Shown: positions 1 to 9,358 of the stretch, in pieces
How the letters are laid out: every line of letters begins with the position of its first letter
Position numbering within the stretch: the stretch's first letter is position 1
Origin: Chloroflexota bacterium
Lineage (GTDB): Bacteria; Chloroflexota; UBA6077; JACCZL01
NCBI GenBank assembly: GCA_030447245.1
Contig: JAUJPG010000033.1
Coordinates: 1-62,822, forward strand
Direction of reading: 5' to 3'
Length of the DNA stretch: 62,822 nucleotides
Translations under genes and position numbers: made by a program
The notes under the pieces: generated by a model
What the model was told of the DNA's origin: nothing
Database searches by the model: none
What the model saw: only the letters and a program-made list of their open reading frames with translations

Positions 1-145
1 GAGCTGGGAGATGACCGTCCCGCGGACACATTGAGTCCTCCGGCGTCGATGGCGGAACGTCCAGCCGTCGACAGCCGCGGCGGAACCGGCGTATGCTGCC
101 GCCGTCCCCGCGGGCGCGCACGAGCCCCGCGCGGCCGGAGGGATC

Positions 146-934
146 ATGGATTGGGCAGCGGGCGGTCTGACCGACGCGCAGGTACGACAGCGGATACTCG
201 GCGACGCCGGCGCTGACGCGGCTGAGGCCGAGCGGGACCCGATCCTCGGACCGTTTTACCGGCTTGCCGTGGAGCACTGTTACGGCGGGGTCTGGGGCCG
301 TCCAGGGCTAGGCCTCAAGGACCGTGGCCTGGTGACCGTGGCGGTCCTTGCCGCACTCGGCCGGACTGCCCGCCTGGCACGCCACCTGGACGCCGCCCTG
401 GACGCCGGCTGGACGCCGCTCGAGCTGCGCGAGGCGTGCCTGCACACTTGGGCGTATGCTGGTATCCCCGCGGCCGGCGACGCCCTCGAGTCGCTGAGTG
501 GGGTCGTCCGCCGTCGCGGCCTCGCCGTCGAGGAAGTCGAGTCGGGCGACGCCGATGGGCTGAGCGCGGCCGAGGTGCGGCGAAAGGTCCTCGGCGACCG
601 GCGGGCGAATGAGACGCAGGCGGAGCCGGAGCCATTGCTGGCACCGCTGTGGACCTACTCGATCGAGCACGCCTGGGGGGCGGTCTGGGTTCGGCCGGGT
701 CTGACGTTCAAGCAGCGGAGTCTGGTGACGCTCTCGGCCTTGACCGGCCTGGCGCGACGCGAGGAGCTGCGCCTCCACTTCCTCGGCGGGATGAACAACG
801 GCTGGTCCGCCGAGGAGCTACGCGAGATCTGCCTGCACGCGTCCGCGTACTCGGGGGTCCCGACCGCGATCACCGCCCTGCACGTGCTGAGCGAGGTCGC
901 GGGCAGCCAGAGCGGGGAGCAGGGCGGCGGATAG
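146..934 (+). CDS. Carboxymuconolactone decarboxylase (CMD/AhpD-like) family protein, two tandem domains
   Basis: Two copies of the 'GxVWxRPGL..K.RxLVT...L' and 'GW...ELRExCLH...YxGxP' signatures; GGAGG RBS upstream of ATG 146. Confidence 0.85.
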   Translation: MDWAAGGLTDAQVRQRILGDAGADAAEAERDPILGPFYRLAVEHCYGGVWGRPGLGLKDRGLVTVAVLAALGRTARLARHLDAALDAGWTPLELREACLHTWAYAGIPAAGDALESLSGVVRRRGLAVEEVESGDADGLSAAEVRRKVLGDRRANETQAEPEPLLAPLWTYSIEHAWGAVWVRPGLTFKQRSLVTLSALTGLARREELRLHFLGGMNNGWSAEELREICLHASAYSGVPTAITALHVLSEVAGSQSGEQGGG

Positions 935-1027
935 GCTCGGACCGGCGTACCCCGGACCGTTGGCCACGTCCATCGCAGTGAGGCGGGCCCGCACAAGGCA
1001 CCAGCATGCGGCACGACGCCGCTCCGC

Positions 1028-1930
1028 GTGACGATCCTGCTGGGTCTGGCGGCCGGCCTGTGCTGGGGGGTAGGCGACTTCTTCGGCGGCGTGCAATCGC
1101 GACGCCTGCCAATCCTGGCTGTCGCGCTCTGGAGCCAGCTCGCGGGTGGGCTCGCGCTGGTGGCGGTGCTCGTGGCAGTCGGCGGCGAGGCAGCGCCCGC
1201 CGGATTGCTGTGGGGCATCGGCGGTGGCCTTTTCAGCGGCGGGGCGCTGCTGCTGCTGTACCGCGGGCTCGCCACCGGGATCATGTCGGTGGTCGCCCCG
1301 ATCTCGGCGTGTGGGGCGCTGGTCCCAGTGTTCGTCGGCCTGGCGCGCGGGGAGGTCCCTGGCGTATTCGCGAGTCTCGGCATCGTCGCCGCGTTGGCCG
1401 GGATTACCGTGGTGTCGCTCCAGGCGAGGCCTGCACCAGTGGCCTCACGCGTGGCGGCTCACGAATCGGTGCCAGCCAGGGGGGGTGCGCCACTCCCGCA
1501 CGGCCCCTACATTGCGCGCGGCGCTCTCTTGCTCGCGCTCGGCGCCGCGCTTGGCTTCGGCATGTTCTTCGTCCTGGTGCGCCAGGGCTCAGCGGATGGC
1601 ACGTCGCCCCTCTGGGTAGTCGCCGGCGCGCGGGTCGGCTCCCTGATGACGATGCTGTCGGTGATTGTGCTGGGCCGCCGTCCTGCGCCGTGGCCGGGAC
1701 GACAGATCGGGACGATCACGATCGTCGGCCTGCTCGACACGGCCGCGAACGCGCTCTTCGCGTACGCGGCGTGGCTCGGCGACCTCGGCGTCGCCGCGGT
1801 GCTGGCCTCGCTCTACCCGGTCGCCACGGTACTGCTCGGCAGGCTGGTGCTTGACGAGCGCCTCACGCGCCTTCAAGCCGCGGGCGTGGCCATGGCGCTG
1901 GCCGGGGTGGCGCTGATCGCCGCTGACTAA
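1028..1930 (+). CDS. EamA/DMT family transporter
   Basis: About 10 hydrophobic segments; 'WGVGDFFGG', 'ASLYPVATVLLG', 'LDERL' motifs. Confidence 0.85.
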   Translation: MTILLGLAAGLCWGVGDFFGGVQSRRLPILAVALWSQLAGGLALVAVLVAVGGEAAPAGLLWGIGGGLFSGGALLLLYRGLATGIMSVVAPISACGALVPVFVGLARGEVPGVFASLGIVAALAGITVVSLQARPAPVASRVAAHESVPARGGAPLPHGPYIARGALLLALGAALGFGMFFVLVRQGSADGTSPLWVVAGARVGSLMTMLSVIVLGRRPAPWPGRQIGTITIVGLLDTAANALFAYAAWLGDLGVAAVLASLYPVATVLLGRLVLDERLTRLQAAGVAMALAGVALIAAD

Positions 1931-2868
1931 GCTTCGGCGAAGGGGGCGATCCGTTCGGCGTTGCCGTGGCCGATCATGACGGCGACGTCCGGGGCGAGCT
2001 GCCCGAGCAGGCCGCGGTAGTACGCGACCATCTGATTGACGTAGTCGGCCCGAAAATGGGCCGGCGCGAACAGGTCCAGCCCGATCACGAAGCGATCGGC
2101 CAGATCCGTTAGAGTGGACGCCCAGGCCGGCTCGAGCGCGCCATTGGGCCGGAGCAAGACGGTGCCCGGACCAATCCAGGGCGTGCGGGCCGAGAGGTCG
2201 GCCAGCAGGTTCGGGTTGCGCCGCAGTAGCGGCCCCACGACACTGGCTGGCCCGTGTCCGGCGTGGGCCCAGACGAACGTTGTTTCAGGGGCCGCTTGCA
2301 GCGCCCGCTCCAGCTCGTCGGCGTAGAACCACTCCTGGTGGACGTTGACTGGCGCGCCCCAGACCGCGGCTTGCCGGTACCCTGCCACCAGAGACGGGTG
2401 GTCGGCCGGCACATTGTTGGCGGGGGCGGACGCGTAGCCGCCGACTGCGCCGAGACGGTAGGGCGAGTGGCGCAAGATGACCTCGCCAAGTCCGCGCACC
2501 ACGTTGGCCGCCAGGAGTTGGTCCAGGCCGGCCGGGTTCACGTACGACGAGTCCGGGTGCAGCGCGTTTGCGTACCCTTCGGCCAGGAAGGGGACGATCC
2601 GCCTCGGGTACCGATCGCGCGCGTCGCTAGCCACCGGCCACGGCTCGCCGAACAGCACCGCGCCGCGCACGCCCGCGCCGTCGTACAGCCCGATCAGCTC
2701 GTCGGGCGACGGGCCGCTGGCAGCCTTCAGGTGGCTGTGGGCATCGACCAGCGGGCCCTCATACGGCCCGGCGGCATGGGCCGCCCGGGCCTGGACGAGC
2801 GCCGTGCCGACCGCCGCGATGACCGTGGCCAGGGCCCGCCGCCGCGTGATCTTGTGATGAAGACACAT
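1927..2868 (-). CDS. Amidohydrolase-fold (TIM barrel) protein with Tat-like signal
   Basis: N-terminal 'TRRRAL' plus hydrophobic stretch and AxA; 'DAHSH', 'GLGEV', 'WAHAG', 'IGLD' motifs. Confidence 0.75.
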   Translation of the reverse strand: MCLHHKITRRRALATVIAAVGTALVQARAAHAAGPYEGPLVDAHSHLKAASGPSPDELIGLYDGAGVRGAVLFGEPWPVASDARDRYPRRIVPFLAEGYANALHPDSSYVNPAGLDQLLAANVVRGLGEVILRHSPYRLGAVGGYASAPANNVPADHPSLVAGYRQAAVWGAPVNVHQEWFYADELERALQAAPETTFVWAHAGHGPASVVGPLLRRNPNLLADLSARTPWIGPGTVLLRPNGALEPAWASTLTDLADRFVIGLDLFAPAHFRADYVNQMVAYYRGLLGQLAPDVAVMIGHGNAERIAPFAEA

Positions 2869-2979
2869 ACCCCGTCCTCGAAACCACCGACCGTCAAGGC
2901 GATCAGCCGCTGCGAACGAAGTGTATCATCGGCACGTCGGGGCGATCGTCATGGTCCGACGACTTCGGAGCTGCTCCCG

Positions 2980-4143
2980 ATGACCGATGCTCATGCGGAT
3001 GACCGCTTCGACCTGTTGATCGTGGGCGGCGGGGTCTTCGGACTGGGGACGGCGCTGGAGGCGGCGCGGCGCGGGCGGCGCGTGCTGGTGCTGGAACGTG
3101 GCTCGATCCCGAATCCAGTCGCCGCCTCGTACGGTCCGTCGCGCAAGATCCGCGCAGGGTACACCGACCCGTATTACGCTGCGCTGGCACGCGCGGCGAT
3201 CGAGGGCTGGCACGAGATCGAGCGCGAAACCGGCGATGAGCTGCTGGTCCGTTCCGGCAACCTGGTCTACACGGCCCTGGATCAGCAGCCACACCTGGAC
3301 GCCCTGGACCGAGTGGCGTGCGATCTTGGCACACCGGTCGAGCGGCTGGAGCGGCGCCAGCTCGCCGCGCGCTTTCCGCAGTTCCGCGGGGCCCGGCGAG
3401 CCCTGCTGGAGACTGAAGCCGGGTTTCTGCGCGCCAGCGCCTGCGTGGCCGCGCTGCGCGGGTTGGCCGAGCGACGCGGCGCCATCATCGCGACCGGCCG
3501 CGAGGTGAAGGCGGTAGAGGCAGGCCCCAGTGGGGTGACGGCCACGACGGTGGATGGAGCCCGCTTCCGCGCCGACCGGGCCCTGCTCGCTCCGGGTGGT
3601 TGGGCCGGCCGGCTGCTCTCGGAGCTCGGCGCCATCCTGACCCAGACCCGGCTCGGCCTCCTCTACCTGCGAGGCCTCCCCGCGGCCTACCACACTCCTC
3701 AGATGCCTGCCTTCTCGTGTCCAGACACCGGTTTCTACGGATTTCCGGCCCATCGTGACGATGCGCTGAAGGTGGCCCAACACGTCGCCGGCGAGCCGAT
3801 CGATACGCCCGACTTCGACCGCGCGACGCCGCCGCGGGGCTTTCTCGAAGCAGCCCGGGCGTTCGTGCGAGACGGCCTCGGTCTGGCACCTGACGCCTAC
3901 CCGGAGCGTGCCGAGAGCTGCATGTACAATCTGACGGCGAGCGCCGACTTCCTGCTGGACTTCCACCCGGCCGAGCCACGGCTGTTCGTGGCGACCGGCG
4001 GCTCGGGCCACGGGTTCAAGTTCGGCTCGGTCATCGGCGCAGTCGTCATGGACCGCCTGGACGGCATCCCGAGCGACCGCTGGAGCCCACAATGCTCGTG
4101 GAGCAGTGTGGTGGCCGCGCCCGCAGCCGCCCGTCTGCGCTGA
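2980..4143 (+). CDS. FAD-dependent oxidoreductase, sarcosine oxidase/SolA-like
   Basis: 'IVGGGVFG' dinucleotide motif, 'CMY' (covalent-flavin Cys position), 'GHGFKF'. Start moved to ATG 2980 inside ORF 2254..4143. Confidence 0.85.
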   Translation: MTDAHADDRFDLLIVGGGVFGLGTALEAARRGRRVLVLERGSIPNPVAASYGPSRKIRAGYTDPYYAALARAAIEGWHEIERETGDELLVRSGNLVYTALDQQPHLDALDRVACDLGTPVERLERRQLAARFPQFRGARRALLETEAGFLRASACVAALRGLAERRGAIIATGREVKAVEAGPSGVTATTVDGARFRADRALLAPGGWAGRLLSELGAILTQTRLGLLYLRGLPAAYHTPQMPAFSCPDTGFYGFPAHRDDALKVAQHVAGEPIDTPDFDRATPPRGFLEAARAFVRDGLGLAPDAYPERAESCMYNLTASADFLLDFHPAEPRLFVATGGSGHGFKFGSVIGAVVMDRLDGIPSDRWSPQCSWSSVVAAPAAARLR

Positions 4144-4248
4144 GGGCGGCAATACGCATCCACTGGTGCGCGGGTGACAGCGCGGCTCGGTCCCGTCGGG
4201 ACGTTAGACTTTCAACCCACGACTGGCACGTTTAGAGTGGAGGTACAG

Positions 4249-4740
4249 ATGGCTTCGGACAGCAGCTTCGACGTCGTCTCGCAGTTCGACCGTCAGGAGA
4301 TGGTCAACGCGATCGACCAGACGAGGCGCGAGGTGGAGACGCGCTACGATTTGAAGAGCACCGGCAGCGAGATCGAGCTGGGCAAGGACACGATCGAGCT
4401 GCACAGCGCCAGCGAGTTCACGCTGACCGCGGTCCGCGAGCTGCTGCTGACCAAAGTGGCCCGGCGAGGGCTGTCGCACAAGGTCCTCGAGTTCGGCAAG
4501 GTCGAGCCGGCGGCCAAGGGGACCGTTCGTCAGACGGTCAAGCTGCGCCAGGGGATCGAGCAAGACCTGGCGCGCCAGATCGTCAAGCTGGTTCGCGACA
4601 GCCAGCCCAAGCTCAAGGCCCAGATCCAGGGCGACGCGGTCCGCGTCTCGGGCGCCTCCAAGGACCAGCTCCAGGCCGCCATGAAGGTCCTCAAGGACCA
4701 GGACTACCCGGTCCCGCTCCAGTTCACCAACTATCGCTAA
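4249..4740 (+). CDS. yajQ: YajQ family nucleotide/c-di-GMP-binding protein
   Basis: 'SFDVVS', 'RYDLK', 'QIQGDAVRVSG', C-terminal 'LQFTNYR'; GGAGG RBS before ATG 4249. Confidence 0.95.
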   Translation: MASDSSFDVVSQFDRQEMVNAIDQTRREVETRYDLKSTGSEIELGKDTIELHSASEFTLTAVRELLLTKVARRGLSHKVLEFGKVEPAAKGTVRQTVKLRQGIEQDLARQIVKLVRDSQPKLKAQIQGDAVRVSGASKDQLQAAMKVLKDQDYPVPLQFTNYR

Positions 4741-4875
4741 CGAAGCCATCACCGTGCGTCTGGAGCTCGTGCTCGCATAGGTGGACCGCACGGAAAGAGC
4801 GAACGCTGGCGGGTGCTGCTGACCGAAGAGGCGTTCAGACGCATGATGTTCGAAGCCCCGCTGGTGGACTAGACG

Positions 4876-5193
4876 ATGCAGATCGGCGATCTGGTCGGTG
4901 CCATCCAGCAGGGCCGGCTCCGGATCAGCGACCATGCGTATGACGAGGCGCGCAACGACGGATTGAGCCTTGACGATGTGCTCAGCTCGGTCTTCGTCAG
5001 TGAGATCATCGAGCAGTATCTGGAGGACCGTCCCTATCCTAGCTGCCTACTGTACGGGCGAATGCCGCGGGGCGATCCGGTCCACAGCGTCTGGGCCTAC
5101 AACGAGGAGCAGCAATGGGCAGTTCTGATAACCGTGTACCGGCCAGACCCCTCGCGCTGGATCCACTGGCGGGAAAGGAGAAGGCAGCCATGA
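4876..5193 (+). CDS. DUF4258 family putative toxin
   Basis: 'SDHAYDEA', 'IIEQY...PYPSCLLYG', 'PVHSV', 'LITVYRPDP..W' typical of DUF4258. Confidence 0.8.
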   Translation: MQIGDLVGAIQQGRLRISDHAYDEARNDGLSLDDVLSSVFVSEIIEQYLEDRPYPSCLLYGRMPRGDPVHSVWAYNEEQQWAVLITVYRPDPSRWIHWRERRRQP

Positions 5194-5432
5194 TGCCATT
5201 TGAGAAGTGCCCGCTGTGTGGCGGAGAGCTCGTGACGAAGGACGTTGAGAAGCTTCTGCGCGGAGGAGTAAACACCGCCTCAGTACATGTCCGGGTGGAT
5301 GTCTGCCTGCGCTGCGGTGAGCGGTACTATCCCGTGGAAACGATCAGGCGGTTCGAGCAAATCGTCTCGCAACTCGAGCGGCAGGAGGTGGACAACTTTC
5401 AGCCGATGGGCCGCTCGTTCCGCGTGGCATGA
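5190..5432 (+). CDS. YgiT/MqsA-type zinc finger protein (putative antitoxin)
   Basis: 'CPLCGG' ... 'VCLRCGERYY'; ATGA overlap with upstream stop; AAGGAG RBS. Confidence 0.8.
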   Translation: MMPFEKCPLCGGELVTKDVEKLLRGGVNTASVHVRVDVCLRCGERYYPVETIRRFEQIVSQLERQEVDNFQPMGRSFRVA

Positions 5433-5709
5433 AGCTCGCATCGGTACGACTGGCCCTGCTTGGCCACTGGTCGAAGGGCCATCCGATTGTAGCCAGCCCG
5501 CGGCAACCCCCTGAGAACCGGAGCCACGAGTCGGCGGTTCGACAAGCGGCTGGACCTCGACCGCCACCGGCTCGGGCCGTATCGAGCGGCTCCCTTCGAG
5601 ACGCTCGCCAGGGGGCTCAGGGAGCTCGAGTACGACGAGTGGAACGATTGGGCTCATCTGCCCCGGGCCGTAGCAGGCAGCGCGGGTCCGCCCGCTTCGC
5701 AGGAGTCGG

Positions 5710-6720
5710 TCAGGGCTTGCGGGCTGACGGGTCCCGCCAGACCGGGGTCCAAGGCCCCGCGGCCGATGGCTGCGTGTCGCCTGGTCCGGCTGGCATCGTA
5801 GCTTCCTGAGGCGGCGGCCCCGCCGGCGGAACGGACACCAGGAGCTCGCCGGCGATCCAGCCAGTGCGGCCGTCGGACAGGCGGACGTTGCGCCAGGTGC
5901 GGCCGTCTACGGCTCGGTTTGGACCGGCCAGGTCGAGCACGGTCCCGTCGGGCAGGCTGTCGAGGATCGGCGCCGCGGTCGAGGGTTGTGCGCGGACGTT
6001 CGCGCTTCCTCCCCCAACGATACCCACTCGGACGCGCTCGTCGGTTGGGGGTGGTGGGAGCGGTGCTGGGGACGCGGCGGGTGGGGCTCCACTCCCGCTC
6101 ACGGCGTGCAATCGATCTGACACGACAATGGCATACCGCACAGTGTCCCCCAGTCGGGTGACATCTGAGCGACCCGCGACGCCGACCAGGATCACCCACG
6201 TGCCTTGCCGAAACAGGTAGAGGTGCGCGCTGGAGCGACCGCTCGGTCCGTCCTCCTCGCGCGAGAGGCCGAGGGCCTGCTCGCCGAGCGGCTCGACCGG
6301 ACTCTCGGTCCACCCAGCCGACACGAACGCCTCGCGCGATCCGGCCAGCTGGGTGGCCGCCTCGTCGACGCTCGCCACGCGGGCAACGCCGTTCCGGACT
6401 TCGAGCGTCCCCTCGGCCAGGTTCTCCGGCGTCGGCGGCCGGGCGAAGGTCGCCTCGTACACCGCCACTCCATCCGGACGCTCCTCGTAGCCCGTCCGTT
6501 CCGGCACCGGCGTGAAGCCGAGCGGCAGGTCGGTGAGGACCAATGCCACACGCCGCGGATCGAGCGCGACCTGTCGCGCGGGCGCGGCCAGTCCTTCCGT
6601 CACGCCGGAGTTCACCGCGGCCAGCAGAACCGCCACGAGAAGGCGCGTCGCGCGGGCGGTTACGCTCGGCCTGACGCCGTGATCACGCCCATCCGTCACT
6701 CCGACCGTCCAGTTCTCCAT
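5710..6720 (-). CDS. Secreted protein with C-terminal bacterial SH3 domain
   Basis: Hydrophobic N-terminal segment; 'ANVRAQPST...DGRTWRNVRLSDGRTGWIAGELL' SH3b signature after a Pro-rich linker. Start uncertain. Confidence 0.7.
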   Translation of the reverse strand: MENWTVGVTDGRDHGVRPSVTARATRLLVAVLLAAVNSGVTEGLAAPARQVALDPRRVALVLTDLPLGFTPVPERTGYEERPDGVAVYEATFARPPTPENLAEGTLEVRNGVARVASVDEAATQLAGSREAFVSAGWTESPVEPLGEQALGLSREEDGPSGRSSAHLYLFRQGTWVILVGVAGRSDVTRLGDTVRYAIVVSDRLHAVSGSGAPPAASPAPLPPPPTDERVRVGIVGGGSANVRAQPSTAAPILDSLPDGTVLDLAGPNRAVDGRTWRNVRLSDGRTGWIAGELLVSVPPAGPPPQEATMPAGPGDTQPSAAGPWTPVWRDPSARKP

Positions 6721-7635
6721 TCAGGCCGCGTGGCGCACGGCCCGGGGGCCGGCCTTCATGACCTGGCCTGGGAGCTCGTGGCCCAGGATTTCGGACATAC
6801 GCTGGGCGCAACCGATCAGGGCGTCCAGGTCGATCCCGGTCTGAATACCCATCTCTTCGAGCATGTGGACGACGTCCTCCGTGGCGACGTTGCCAGTGGC
6901 CCTGGGCGCGAAGGGACAGCCGCCGATGCCGCCGATCGAAGCGTCGTAGACGGTCACGCCAACGTTCAGGCCAGCCATCACGTTCGCCAGGCCCATCCCG
7001 CGCGTGTTGTGGAAGTGCAGCCCGAATTGGACGTCCGGACGGCGCTCGCGGAGCCCACCGACGGTCCGCTCGACCTGGAGCGGATTGGCCATCCCGGTCG
7101 TGTCGGCCAGGCTGACCTCGTCGCAGCCGAGCTCGATCAGGCGGTCGACGATCTGGCCGACACGCTCGGCCGGTACGTCTCCCTCGTACGGACAGCCGAA
7201 GCTCGTCGCGATGCCGGCGCTGACCGGCACGCCGGCCGCCCGCGCCAGAGGGACGATCTCCGATACGTTCCGCAACGAGTCCTCGACGGTCATGCGGATG
7301 TTCTTTAAGTTGAAGGTGTCACTGGCGGCCAGGACGACGACGAGTCGGTCCGACCGCGCGTCGAGCGCCTTGCGGGCGCCGATCAGGTTCGGCACCAGCG
7401 GTTCCCAGGATACGTCGGGCCGCCGCTCCAGCGCCGCCATCAATTCGCCTGCGTCCGCCATCTGCGGAACGGCTTTCGGGCTGACGAACGAGGTGACCTC
7501 GATCCGCTTCAGGCCGGCACCGGCCAGCAGGTTCGCCATCTCGATCTTGTGCTCGGTCGGGACGAACGCGCCAAGACTCTGGATGCCGTCGCGCGTGCCG
7601 ACCTCCCGCATGGTCACTGACTGTGGCAGCTGCAT
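6721..7635 (-). CDS. Hydroxymethylglutaryl-CoA lyase
   Basis: 'EVGTRDGIQ', 'SFVSPKAVPQMAD', 'FGCPYEG', 'LHFHNTRG', 'GGCPFAP..TGNVATED'. Confidence 0.92.
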   Translation of the reverse strand: MQLPQSVTMREVGTRDGIQSLGAFVPTEHKIEMANLLAGAGLKRIEVTSFVSPKAVPQMADAGELMAALERRPDVSWEPLVPNLIGARKALDARSDRLVVVLAASDTFNLKNIRMTVEDSLRNVSEIVPLARAAGVPVSAGIATSFGCPYEGDVPAERVGQIVDRLIELGCDEVSLADTTGMANPLQVERTVGGLRERRPDVQFGLHFHNTRGMGLANVMAGLNVGVTVYDASIGGIGGCPFAPRATGNVATEDVVHMLEEMGIQTGIDLDALIGCAQRMSEILGHELPGQVMKAGPRAVRHAA

Positions 7636-7757
7636 GGTCCGACCTCGCATGGTTGATTACCGCGCGTCCACGCGGACTCTATCCCGGATTGTAGCCCGCT
7701 ACAATGGCCCGATACTGCCGACGGGCGCCGAGACGTGGCAGACAGGAGGAGCGCGGC

Positions 7758-8108
7758 ATGCACGAGCAGGCGGTCCAGCAGACGACCGTCGAGACGTTCT
7801 TCCAAGTCGACGTGCGGGTCGGGCGCATCCTGACGGCCGAGCCGCTGGCCAACGCGCGCAAGCCGGCCTACCGCCTGGAGATCGACTTCGGCCCACTCGG
7901 GCGCAAGCGATCGAGTGCCCAGATCACCGACCTGTACACGCCTGACCAGCTGATCGGCCGGCAGGTGCTGGCCGTCGTCAACTTCCCGCCGCGGCGCATC
8001 GCCGGCTTCGATTCCGAGGTGCTCGTCCTCGGCGTGCCCGATGAGCAGGACAGCATCATCCTGCTCGCCGTCGAGCGGGAGGCGCCGTTGGGCGCCCGCG
8101 TGTCCTGA
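7758..8108 (+). CDS. csaA: tRNA-binding/secretion chaperone CsaA
   Basis: 'DVRVGRI', 'RKPAYRLEIDFG', 'SSAQIT', 'VNFPPRRIAGFDSEVLVLG'; AGGAGG RBS. Confidence 0.9.
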   Translation: MHEQAVQQTTVETFFQVDVRVGRILTAEPLANARKPAYRLEIDFGPLGRKRSSAQITDLYTPDQLIGRQVLAVVNFPPRRIAGFDSEVLVLGVPDEQDSIILLAVEREAPLGARVS

Positions 8109-8213
8109 CGCCACGTCGCTGCCTTCGTCAACAGTGCCTTGTCACCCCCCATTTGACGGGTAAAGGCATTCGGGCTCGGCATCCGGCGGGCGGCAGGCCA
8201 GTTGCGGAATTAC

Positions 8214-8242
8214 TTGCGCGGCCGGCGCGCTCGTCCTACATT
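8214..8242 (+). promoter_or_regulatory. Putative sigma70-type promoter
   Basis: TTGCGC-N17-TACATT about 60 bp upstream of ATG 8300. Confidence 0.45.
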
Positions 8243-8299
8243 GGAAGCCGCGACGCCCCGGACTAGGGGCGGACGCCTGCATTCCCAGGGGGCATTACC

Positions 8300-9154
8300 A
8301 TGGTTGTCCATTATCGACTCGGTCGACGCTCGCTCGTTCTCCTGGCGGGTGGGCTGGCGATGCTCGCGTTGCTCGCGACCACGCCACCCGCGTCCGCGCC
8401 GGCGGCCCGCGCCCAGGGTGGCGTGGTTCAGGTCGAGTGGCTGGGTTGGTCGTTCTTCCGCTTCACCTCGCCGAGCGGGAAGGTGATCCTGACCAACCCA
8501 TTCATCACGGGCAATGCCGACGTCGCCGTCAGCCTCGAAGACGTCACCCAGGCGGACCTGATCCTGGTGGCGGACGGGCACCGCGACGAACTCGGTGATA
8601 CCTTGCCGATCGCACAACGGACCGGGGCGCTCGTGCACGGGCCGAGCCGCCTGGTGGCCTGGCTGGTCGGCGAGGGGCTGCCGGAGGATCAAGCGCGCGG
8701 GGGGAATCAGGGCGACCGCCTGGTGCTGGACGGGATCACCATCCGCCAGGTGTGGTCGGTCCACGACAACAGCCTTCCGCGGCCCACGCCCACGCTGACG
8801 TACGGCGGACCGGCCTCAGGCTTCTACATCACCTTTGAGAACGGCTGGACGGTGTACTTCTCCGGCAGCTCGGCGGCCACCGCGGACCAAGGGCTCTGGG
8901 GCGCCATGTACAAGCCGGACGCAATGATCTTCCACATGTCGGTGCCCAAAGAGCCGCTGGACGCGGCGATGTCGATCAGTCTGACGGCGACCGACAACCC
9001 GAACTTGCGGACGCTGTTGCCGCACCACCACCGCGTCAGCCCGCCGGCCGGCGCGACCGGCGTCGCCGAGGTCCAGGCCGCCATGGCCGGGATGGGCGTG
9101 GACATCCCGATCACTAACCAGGTCCGAAGCCAGGTCTACGAGTTCAGCAAGTAG
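8300..9154 (+). CDS. Secreted MBL-fold protein (UPF0173-like) with degenerate metal motif
   Basis: Signal peptide; 'WLGWSFF', 'ILTNPF', 'ADGHRDE', 'VH', 'GFYITFENG', 'PHHH'. Confidence 0.75.
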   Translation: MVVHYRLGRRSLVLLAGGLAMLALLATTPPASAPAARAQGGVVQVEWLGWSFFRFTSPSGKVILTNPFITGNADVAVSLEDVTQADLILVADGHRDELGDTLPIAQRTGALVHGPSRLVAWLVGEGLPEDQARGGNQGDRLVLDGITIRQVWSVHDNSLPRPTPTLTYGGPASGFYITFENGWTVYFSGSSAATADQGLWGAMYKPDAMIFHMSVPKEPLDAAMSISLTATDNPNLRTLLPHHHRVSPPAGATGVAEVQAAMAGMGVDIPITNQVRSQVYEFSK

Positions 9155-9170
9155 GCTCGGGGCCCTAACC

Positions 9171-9203
9171 GGGTCGGGGGTTCCCGCATGTAACCCCCGA
9201 CCC
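9171..9203. terminator. Hairpin, possible bidirectional terminator
   Basis: 12-bp perfect stem GGGTCGGGGGTT/AACCCCCGACCC just after the 9154 stop, between convergent genes; no U-tract. Confidence 0.45.
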
Positions 9204-9321
9204 CAGGCCCCACAGGGTGAGCGCCTCCACCCGTCGGATTACGCTGCCCGGCTACCAGTAGAGTGTCACGCCAGTCTTGATGAGTAAAGGCGATTGAGGT
9301 TGACGCGAGCGTCGGGCCTGG

Positions 9322-9358
9322 TGAAGCGCCATTCGACGCGGCGTCGAATGGCGCTTCA
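9322..9358. repeat. Perfect 18-bp-arm palindrome
   Basis: TGAAGCGCCATTCGACGC-G-GCGTCGAATGGCGCTTCA. Confidence 0.9.

Noticed and set aside
2926-4152. Long antisense ORFs (also 11999..13363, 20778..22307, 53226..54818, 57684..59015)
   Set aside because: Shadow frames of real genes in high-GC DNA; no recognisable motifs.
5280-5657. Minus-strand 125-aa ORF
   Set aside because: Overlaps the zinc-finger gene and has no recognisable motif; cannot be supported.
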